Source: an uncultured bacterium | GTDB lineage: Bacteria > Patescibacteriota > Minisyncoccia > Phycocordibacterales > Phycocordibacteraceae | Assembly (NCBI GenBank): GCA_963851445.1 | Contig: CAWKPH010000001.1 | Coordinates: 297,363-361,362, forward strand | Reading direction: 5' to 3' | Length of the DNA: 64,000 nucleotides | Shown here: one piece after another, positions 57,455 to 64,000 of the stretch | Numbering within the stretch: position 1 is the stretch's first letter | How the letters are laid out: every line of letters starts with the position of its first letter | Notes under the pieces: generated by a model | The model's input: the letters and a program-made list of their open reading frames with translations, nothing else | Told to the model about the DNA's origin: nothing | Databases searched by the model: none | Translations under genes and position numbers: made by a program

Positions 57455-57991
57455 ATGAAAGAAACGACTCTGGTTATCGTCAGTGGACTGCCTGCAACTG
57501 GGAAAACAACTTTAGCTAGAAGAATAGGCACAGAATTTAAACTACCTGTCTTTATCAAGGACGATTTTAAAGAGACCATTGCTGATTCTATTGGAGTGAA
57601 GGATTCGTCAGTTGAAGGGCTCGGCCGAGCTAGTCATTCAATTCTTTTCTATATCGCAAAGCAATGCTTAGAGAATGGTATCTCTCTAGTCATTGAAGGA
57701 AATTTTAAAGATACTCAACACACAAGAGAGTTCATTCAATACCTAAAGGAATCACGCAAACGTATTATAGAAATTCTCTGTACTGCCGAGTACTCGTTAC
57801 GCCTTGAGCGATATAAAAGCAGAAAGAAACATCCTGTACACCCGCTTCTCACAGATCCTGCCTACGCGAAGAGTTTTGAAGAAGATAAAAGTTTTTCTTT
57901 AGGAATTGGAAAGACATTGGATATCGATACGTCTGATTTCTCTCAAATACCGTATGAATCTATTTATGATGCCATCGAAGATTCTTTATAG
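57455..57991 (+). CDS. P-loop kinase-like ATPase (AAA_33 / zeta-toxin-like fold)
   Basis: LVIVSGLPATGKTTLA Walker A near the N-terminus. 178 aa. Confidence 0.5.
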   Translation: MKETTLVIVSGLPATGKTTLARRIGTEFKLPVFIKDDFKETIADSIGVKDSSVEGLGRASHSILFYIAKQCLENGISLVIEGNFKDTQHTREFIQYLKESRKRIIEILCTAEYSLRLERYKSRKKHPVHPLLTDPAYAKSFEEDKSFSLGIGKTLDIDTSDFSQIPYESIYDAIEDSL

Positions 57992-58077
57992 AACTTCCTC
58001 GTTATAAGGTTAGGGTGTGGGTGATATGAAAGCTCGTTATAGGGTATGATCTGCAATGGACACGACGGAGGTTTTCA

Positions 58078-58593
58078 ATGGCATCGCGTACATGGCAACT
58101 TCTACGCTACCGCGAATTGACCATTGCAGGCATTCTGATGAGGGAACTCTACCAGATTTACGATGCAGGTGGTCATTCTGGAAGAAGTGTGAAATCTCAA
58201 CTCCTTGAGTCGGCATTACTCCTTGCTCCGAGAACAAGCTATAGACCGAAGACTCATCTCGTATGGAGTGAATTTTTCGAAGAAATATCGCTGGTAATAC
58301 GAGCTCGGAAAGAGAGAAGAGGTTCACTCCAACCGCTACTCATTACTGATCTCGAGCATCTTTCAGATGAGGAGTACGCAAGTCTCGCTATTTCACACGT
58401 ATGCGCATTGAACGCGACAACCGATCCCGAACCAAGCCACATCGAAATTCTACTTCTCGCAAAGATTGCCGAGGTGTTACGTGTGGAAGAACGCATGGGC
58501 CAATTCCACCAGATTTCCACATCCTCAGAACTTCTAGTGAGGGAAGGGCGTAGACGATTTTTCGCGCGCAGACGCAAGACCAGCACCATCTAG
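58078..58593 (+). CDS. Hypothetical protein, 171 aa
   Basis: No recognised motif. Confidence 0.3.
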   Translation: MASRTWQLLRYRELTIAGILMRELYQIYDAGGHSGRSVKSQLLESALLLAPRTSYRPKTHLVWSEFFEEISLVIRARKERRGSLQPLLITDLEHLSDEEYASLAISHVCALNATTDPEPSHIEILLLAKIAEVLRVEERMGQFHQISTSSELLVREGRRRFFARRRKTSTI

Positions 58594-58607
58594 TACTGGT
58601 CTTTTTA
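58577..58607 (+). terminator. Rho-independent terminator
   Basis: AGACCAG...CTGGTCT stem followed by TTTTT. Confidence 0.55.
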
Positions 58608-58658
58608 TGTAATATTTGCTAATCACAGCTAAAATTTCAGAACTGCTATACTCTGCAC

Positions 58659-59345
58659 ATGAAAGAATTGTTTGCAGGGATACTACTCATCCTGATTATC
58701 GGCATTGGAGGGTTCTTCTATCGAAACGAAGTTGAGGGGAATGGACTTGCTCTAGGATCAAACGGAAATCAAGGTGGTGCCTGTACACAGGAAGCAAAGA
58801 TATGTCCCGATGGGAGCGCAGTGGGTCGCACAGGCCCTGGTTGCACCTTTGCTATATGTCCGCCGCCAAACGTCGAGATCGACCAAGCCTCCACTACGCT
58901 GGCATTTGTCTTACCCGTTGGATATTCCGAGGTTCAGCAAGGAACTTCAAGTCCATCATCGCTGCGTACATATCAAAAATCAATTACTCCTGGCTCATTC
59001 GATACGATTACCATCTCTTCATATCAAATTCCCACAGGAGAAAATGCATCAGGGGTTATGCTAGCGCATACGGTCTTCGAACCTTCAGGCAAAGAAGCAA
59101 CAACGACTAATGAGTTCGGTACAATCACAGAAGGTAGCAATTCTTTTTCAATTGTCGATATAGAACGTTTTGACGGCACGGTAGAGAGTCTTTACTATCT
59201 TGCAACTACGAGTGAGGTATACCAATTCGATCTCGTAGAAAGGAATGTGACGAATTGGAATGATCCGACTCTAAATACAGATACGCTTTCAGAGCACAAA
59301 GCACTCGAACAAATGCTTGCAACCCTCCAGATCAACGAATCCTAA
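58659..59345 (+). CDS. Secreted protein with a Cys-rich N-terminus, unknown
   Basis: Signal anchor followed by CTQEAKICPDGSAVGRTGPGCTFAIC. Confidence 0.35.
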   Translation: MKELFAGILLILIIGIGGFFYRNEVEGNGLALGSNGNQGGACTQEAKICPDGSAVGRTGPGCTFAICPPPNVEIDQASTTLAFVLPVGYSEVQQGTSSPSSLRTYQKSITPGSFDTITISSYQIPTGENASGVMLAHTVFEPSGKEATTTNEFGTITEGSNSFSIVDIERFDGTVESLYYLATTSEVYQFDLVERNVTNWNDPTLNTDTLSEHKALEQMLATLQINES

Positions 59346-59415
59346 AAGCATTTATACGAAATCGCACAGAAATGGCGCGGTGGTATGATTGAGTCATTAG
59401 ATAACTCGCATAACC

Positions 59416-60216
59416 ATGGATCCAACATTTAAGGAAAACTTCATACGCGGGAACCGACCAGTCCGTATTGCCTTAGTAGCAACGCTCGGAATGCTTACGC
59501 TCTACCTACTCGTCCAAACTATTGACGGTCTTCATAACTGGGGGCATGAAGATACTAACCCACCAAACACCATTACGGTTACGGGGCAGGGCACTGCTAC
59601 AGCAATTCCTGACACTGCTACAATTTCGTTTACCGTAACGGGAACGGCAAATGACGTTGCGACGGCAGAGTCGCAGATGACTACTACCGTGAATGCTGCA
59701 CTTGCTGCAATAAAAGCACAGGGCGTGTCTTCAAGCGATGTCACCACGACCTCATACAACGTCTCCCCGCATTACAGTAGCCCCGTTTGCCCCCCAGGAC
59801 TTTTCTGCCCTGCAACAACCGGAAATGCATCAGGATATGACGTTTCCGAATCAGTGCAAGTGAATATTCACGACACCACCAAGGTTGCAGCAATTCTTGC
59901 CGGACTTGCCTCAGCAAATGTAACGAACGTGACTGGTCCGGATTTTGTAGTGGCTGATCCAACGATGGTTCAGGGTGAGGCGCGTGCACAGGCAATCCAG
60001 AAGGCGCAAGCTGATGCACAGCTCCTTGCTTCGCAGCTCGGTGTCCATCTTGGCCCCATTACTGATTTTCAAGATAATTCAAATGGGACAAATCCACCCA
60101 CACCAGTATTTAGTGCGTCGAGCGCTGTAGCACCTGAAGCTGCCTCAGCACCCTCTGTACCCGTAGGAAATAATACCTATACAGATAACGTTTCGATCAC
60201 CTACGAAATTAATTAG
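59416..60216 (+). CDS. SIMPL-domain (DUF541) periplasmic protein
   Basis: ITVTGQGTATAIPDTATISFTV...TTSYNVSP... is the characteristic SIMPL pattern. Confidence 0.65.
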   Translation: MDPTFKENFIRGNRPVRIALVATLGMLTLYLLVQTIDGLHNWGHEDTNPPNTITVTGQGTATAIPDTATISFTVTGTANDVATAESQMTTTVNAALAAIKAQGVSSSDVTTTSYNVSPHYSSPVCPPGLFCPATTGNASGYDVSESVQVNIHDTTKVAAILAGLASANVTNVTGPDFVVADPTMVQGEARAQAIQKAQADAQLLASQLGVHLGPITDFQDNSNGTNPPTPVFSASSAVAPEAASAPSVPVGNNTYTDNVSITYEIN

Positions 60217-60356
60217 ATAATAGGAATAAAGGCCTAGCGAAGGGTGTAATGCGAAGCAGAGTTGACAGAGGTCCTTTTTAATTATATAGATATAAACAGC
60301 TACTCGGATTTCGATCCGTTTGTTCTCACCGTATAGCGAAGAAGAAAGGGAGCGTC

Positions 60357-60887
60357 ATGCTCATCTTGCAGATAGTGTTTTCGATTGTCGTACTGCTGGC
60401 GGCGTTCGCGGGAGGCGTGCTGTTCGATTGGTATGTCCCCTTCCCGCGCATGCTATTCCATGACAAGGGTCATCGGGTTTTTCTCGTGGCCGACGAGACT
60501 GTCTCGGTGATCCTCATCGACCTGATCTACAGGTACGGAGGTCTCAAGCCCATCATGGAAATCAACTCCGGTGGCACACACCAGACCTTGCTGTCTGATG
60601 GCGTCACTGTCATCATGTGGGTCGATAAGGGCGTGAATATCAGCAACGGCGGCTTCACGTTCGTCAACAACAATATCCGTGAGCGCCACTATGCCATGCA
60701 GGAGCTGTGCGACAAACTCAAAGCTCTCGGCCACGACGTTACGGTCAGTCAGCCCGACGATAGCTTGCCAGGCGGAATCCTACTACTAGCTTCATCGCCC
60801 ACGGCTTTCCTTGGCGACGACGTCGGCTTCCGACCGGATCTACGGATGATGAAGAAGATGAATCCCGACGCTGCTCACGTCCTTTAA
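60357..60887 (+). CDS. High-GC (about 58%) membrane-anchored hypothetical protein, 176 aa
   Basis: N-terminal TM helix. Foreign codon usage. Confidence 0.35.
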   Translation: MLILQIVFSIVVLLAAFAGGVLFDWYVPFPRMLFHDKGHRVFLVADETVSVILIDLIYRYGGLKPIMEINSGGTHQTLLSDGVTVIMWVDKGVNISNGGFTFVNNNIRERHYAMQELCDKLKALGHDVTVSQPDDSLPGGILLLASSPTAFLGDDVGFRPDLRMMKKMNPDAAHVL

Positions 60888-61109
60888 CAACGTTCAGAGC
60901 GCATGTTTTACAGGGTGGGGACTTCGGTTCTCACTCTTTTTCTTTACATATAAGTTCTAAGGTTCTTTATCAAGTAGAGCAAAGTTGGTTGACACCCACA
61001 GGCCCCCGTACTATTATAGAAATATCAAAAGGCCTGCGGGCCTTTTAAAAATGGCGATTTTGTTCACTTCCTAATCTTTCGAACGCATTAATCCCTAGCC
61101 GAACTAGAT

Positions 61110-61301
61110 ATGAACGCACTCATTAGTTACATCCGGGGTGTTCGTGCAGAAATCCCACACATCGTTTGGCCAAGCAGACGGCGCGCGATTGCGGACGTTA
61201 TTGCGGTTGTTTTGATCTCCGCTATAGCGGCTGCGGTTATCGGCGGGCTCGATTATATCTTCACAGGAGCAGTCAATTACTTCATCAGCAACCAGCCATA
61301 G
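61110..61301 (+). CDS. secE: Preprotein translocase subunit SecE
   Basis: 63 aa with a single TM helix. Precedes nusG, the conserved order. Confidence 0.65.
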   Translation: MNALISYIRGVRAEIPHIVWPSRRRAIADVIAVVLISAIAAAVIGGLDYIFTGAVNYFISNQP

Positions 61302-61353
61302 TTTTTATTACCATCACACTTACTATCAGTGTTCTTTATTATTCTCTTTACCT

Positions 61354-61923
61354 ATGGAACTTCGAACCACTCCTGAATTTAGTGACGATGCAGCAAGTCC
61401 CGAGCCGCATTGGTATACCATCCACACCTATGCGGGGTATGAGAATGCCGTTGAACGTAACTTGAAGCAGCGTATCGAATCGCTCGGCATGGAAAACAAA
61501 ATCTTCGAGGTCGTCGTACCGACCGAAAAGAAAATCCGTGTCAAAGGCGGCAAGCGCATTGTCGAAGAAGAAAAAATTTATCCAGGATACATACTTGTTC
61601 GAATGATCGTAGACGAGGATTCATGGTTTGTCGTGCGTAATACACCGCGTGTAACAGGGTTCGTCGGTTCAGGTGTCACACCTGTCCCAATGGAAGATTC
61701 CGAAGTCTCTACGCTTATGAAGCGCATGGGTGCAGAAGCACCAAAACATCGTATCGATCTCGTAAAAGATGACCCTGTCATAATTGCAGATGGACCTTTC
61801 AAGGATCTTGAGGGCAAGGTAGGTGAAATCGATGAAGAACGCGGAAAGGTGAAAGTGCTCGTCGCGATGTTCGGTCGTGAGACTCCCGTTGAACTCGATT
61901 TCTTGCAGATACGAAAAATGTAG
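61354..61923 (+). CDS. nusG: Transcription antitermination factor NusG
   Basis: NGN domain (WYTIHTYAGYENAV) and KOW domain (GPFKDLEGKVGEID). Confidence 0.85.
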   Translation: MELRTTPEFSDDAASPEPHWYTIHTYAGYENAVERNLKQRIESLGMENKIFEVVVPTEKKIRVKGGKRIVEEEKIYPGYILVRMIVDEDSWFVVRNTPRVTGFVGSGVTPVPMEDSEVSTLMKRMGAEAPKHRIDLVKDDPVIIADGPFKDLEGKVGEIDEERGKVKVLVAMFGRETPVELDFLQIRKM

Positions 61924-61949
61924 CGTAAAGTCGAAATACTAGAGGATAT

Positions 61950-62369
61950 ATGGCAAAAGCAGTAAAGAAAATCAAACTCCAGATCCCCGCAGGGAAAGCG
62001 ACGCCAGCGCCGCCGATTGGTACTGTGCTCGGTCCTGCAGGTGTGAACATTGGTGACTTCGTAAATAAATTCAACGAGGCAACGCGCGACAGGATGGGAT
62101 CAATTATCCCTGTCGATATGACCGTGTATGATGATCGCAGCTTCACTTTTGTGCTCAAGACTCCACCAACACCACGACTCATTCTCAAGGCTATCAATCA
62201 GGAAAAAGGCTCGGGCAAGGCTTCCACAAAGAAAGCAGGAACCATGACAAAGGATCAGGTAAAAGCCATTGCTGAGGAGAAAATGGTAGATATGAATGCT
62301 GGTTCGCTTGAAGCGGCAATGCGCATGGTTGAAGGAAGCGCACGTTCGATGGGCGTTGAAATCAAATAA
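61950..62369 (+). CDS. rplK: 50S ribosomal protein L11
   Basis: [42 protein letters not shown].... Confidence 0.9.
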   Translation: MAKAVKKIKLQIPAGKATPAPPIGTVLGPAGVNIGDFVNKFNEATRDRMGSIIPVDMTVYDDRSFTFVLKTPPTPRLILKAINQEKGSGKASTKKAGTMTKDQVKAIAEEKMVDMNAGSLEAAMRMVEGSARSMGVEIK

Positions 62370-62375
62370 ACAAAA

Positions 62376-62401
62376 GAGCGAGCGGACAGCTCGCTTTTTT
62401 G
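62376..62401 (+). terminator. Rho-independent terminator after rplK
   Basis: GAGCGAGC ggaca GCTCGC followed by TTTTTT. Confidence 0.65.
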
Positions 62402-62414
62402 TTCGAGAGCGCAT

Positions 62415-63158
62415 ATGCAAGTAACTCCCTATAAACTTCGGCACATACTACCTCCCAAAGACGATCTTAAAGCGGCTATTCGTGAATCGAAGCTCTCCCT
62501 TAAGGAGGGCGACATTGTCGCAATATCTTCAAAGGTTGTGAGTATTGGTGAGGGTCGAACCGTTCCTGTCAAAGGAACTGACAAGGAAAGTCTTATGAAG
62601 AGCGAGGCTGACTGGTATTTCAAGGCGGGAAAGAATTCAAGATATCGACGCTATTTTACGATCGCACGTGGCGTGATGATCGGTTCTGCAGGAATCGATG
62701 AGAGTAACGGCTCCGAACACTACGTCCTCTATCCCAAGGACCCCTTCAAGAGCGCACGACAATTACGCCTCTGGCTCCAGAAGGAATACAGGATAAAGGA
62801 GCTTACGGTCGTAATCACTGACTCAACAAGTCTTGTTATGCGTCGCGGCGCAATCGGCTTCGCGTTGTCGTGGGACAATCTTGATCCTCTACGTGATTAC
62901 CGCGGGACCAAGGATTTATTTGGAAGAGTAATTCAAGTAGAGATGGCAAACATAGCCGACTCGCTCGCAGTGACAGCCGTGCTTGTTATGGGAGAAGGAA
63001 ACGAGCAAACTCCCATTGCGGTCATACGTGGAGCAGAAAATATTGTCCGTAAGAACCGATCGCCAAAGAAAGATAGATTCATCCTACCCCCAGACGATGA
63101 CGTCTTTGCGTTGTTCTTCTGGCGCAAGGGTTGGAAGAAAGGGAAAGGAGGGAAATAA
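62415..63158 (+). CDS. CofE-like (F420-0:gamma-glutamyl ligase family) protein
   Basis: 247 aa; GDIVAISSKVVSI...DESN... resembles the CofE fold. Occupies the slot where rplA is normally found. Confidence 0.45.
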   Translation: MQVTPYKLRHILPPKDDLKAAIRESKLSLKEGDIVAISSKVVSIGEGRTVPVKGTDKESLMKSEADWYFKAGKNSRYRRYFTIARGVMIGSAGIDESNGSEHYVLYPKDPFKSARQLRLWLQKEYRIKELTVVITDSTSLVMRRGAIGFALSWDNLDPLRDYRGTKDLFGRVIQVEMANIADSLAVTAVLVMGEGNEQTPIAVIRGAENIVRKNRSPKKDRFILPPDDDVFALFFWRKGWKKGKGGK

Positions 63159-63164
63159 GAAGTC

Positions 63165-63386
63165 CTAGTGGATACTAGGACTTAAAGATTCAGCGCGGCT
63201 CTCCTTTTGAACCTTTCGAATCCAAAGGTAACCGAACACAACAAGTAGGATGTCGAAGATTCCAAATACGATGCAGCCGATGATGTACAGCGGAGTGTGA
63301 GGGAAGAAAACATTCGACACGAGCGCAGTAATAAGTGCGAGTAACGAGCCGACGACGAGAAAGATAAATAGGATGACCTTGTCCAT
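63165..63386 (-). CDS. Small membrane protein (2 TM helices)
   Basis: Hydrophobic 73-aa ORF. Confidence 0.35.
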   Translation of the reverse strand: MDKVILFIFLVVGSLLALITALVSNVFFPHTPLYIIGCIVFGIFDILLVVFGYLWIRKVQKESRAESLSPSIH

Positions 63387-63508
63387 CTCCCATCTCCTGC
63401 AGATCTGTTGTCTGCCTCACCACATGATGGAGGAACGCTACTCTTTCTCATAACGCCCGTAGTGCATATCTTTAGGCTACTTGTCTTAAGTGAACTTAAG
63501 CTTCAAGC

Positions 63509-64000
63509 TCAGTCGCGTTCAAGATTAATCCAGTGATACGTAATACCGTTCCATTCGTGATCTTCTTTAGAAATCTCTTTTGTGAATAGATTTTCATATG
63601 CAGGGAAATAGCTATCGCCCTCCTTGTCGTCATCAATAAGTGTGAGATAGAGACGATCAGTAAAGGGAAGCGCTTGTTCATATATCTGAGCACCACCACC
63701 AATGAATATTTCTTCAGAGTCAAGTGCCTTAGCTTGTATCAAGGCTTCTTCTAACGAGTGAGTTACCAGAACATCAGGGTAAGACCAATTTACATCACGT
63801 GTAATGACCATGTTTGTACGTCCGGGAAGTGCTTTACCAAGTATTGATACGATCGACTCGAATGTCTTTCTTCCGAGGATTATAGGATGTCCAAGAGTGA
63901 GTGCTTTGAAGCGCTTAAGATCATCGGGTATATGCCAAAGAAGGCCATTACCTTCGCCAATTACACGAGGATGCTGTGCGCTATTTCCGATAGCGACCAC
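63509..64000 (-). CDS. folA: Dihydrofolate reductase (N-terminus runs off the window end)
   Basis: VIGEGNGLLWHIPDDLKRFKALTLGHPIILGRKTFESI, GGAQIYEQALP and LYLTLID are DHFR motifs. Confidence 0.8.
   Translation of the reverse strand: MVAIGNSAQHPRVIGEGNGLLWHIPDDLKRFKALTLGHPIILGRKTFESIVSILGKALPGRTNMVITRDVNWSYPDVLVTHSLEEALIQAKALDSEEIFIGGGAQIYEQALPFTDRLYLTLIDDDKEGDSYFPAYENLFTKEISKEDHEWNGITYHWINLERD

Noticed and set aside
1-64000. CRISPR arrays, rRNA genes, IS transposases
   Set aside because: No regularly spaced direct repeats with unique spacers, no rRNA-like conserved blocks, and no DDE/HUH transposase motifs were seen. The only recombinase is the truncated serine recombinase at 44.5-46.0 kb.

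Overview
This 64-kb window has a low GC backbone (about 45%) with the character of a reduced, Candidate-Phyla-Radiation-like (Parcubacteria-type) bacterium. Genes are short and tightly packed, and many products are secreted or membrane-anchored.

Backbone genes:
- The replication-origin locus runs rpmH-rnpA-yidC on the minus strand, then dnaA-dnaN-DUF721(DciA-like) on the plus strand. A consensus DnaA box lies upstream of dnaA and an AT-rich candidate oriC lies between dnaA and dnaN.
- Also present: a class A penicillin-binding protein, ruvC-yebC, ruvB, ruvA, rpsT, the type IV pilus genes pilB and pilM/N/O, tsaE-polA, a Mur ligase, uppS, an RluA-family pseudouridine synthase, rplS, secE-nusG-rplK, mscL, and eight tRNA genes.

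Two mosaic-GC accessory islands sit beside tRNA genes:
- Island 1 (about 32.4-35.9 kb) ends at tRNA-Ser. It holds a 62%-GC small protein behind a strong ribosome-binding site, a 0.6-kb ORF-free GC-rich region with stable tetraloop hairpins (candidate structured ncRNA), a 207-aa unknown, and a CooC/ParA-type ATPase whose start codon is preceded by two 17-bp palindromes (ATGCAA-N5-TTGCAT). A 130-aa protein follows.
- Island 2 (about 44.5-55 kb) starts at tRNA-His with an N-terminally truncated large serine recombinase. It carries a zur-zupT zinc module, a 62%-GC two-gene pair, a three-domain regulator (Zn-ribbon + LuxR HTH + XRE HTH), a DUF262 (GmrSD/ParB-like) defence-type gene, and four copies of an island-specific 80-140 nt repeat.

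The same ATGCAA-N5-TTGCAT palindrome recurs in front of zupT and zur in island 2. This suggests a Zur-type regulon that links the two islands.

Four frameshifts interrupt otherwise intact genes: two compensating shifts in dnaA, one in polA inside an A7 run, and one in the DUF262 gene. Three of the four sit in homopolymer runs, so sequencing error is the simplest explanation, but they cannot be resolved from this sequence alone.

No CRISPR array, rRNA or obvious IS element was seen.
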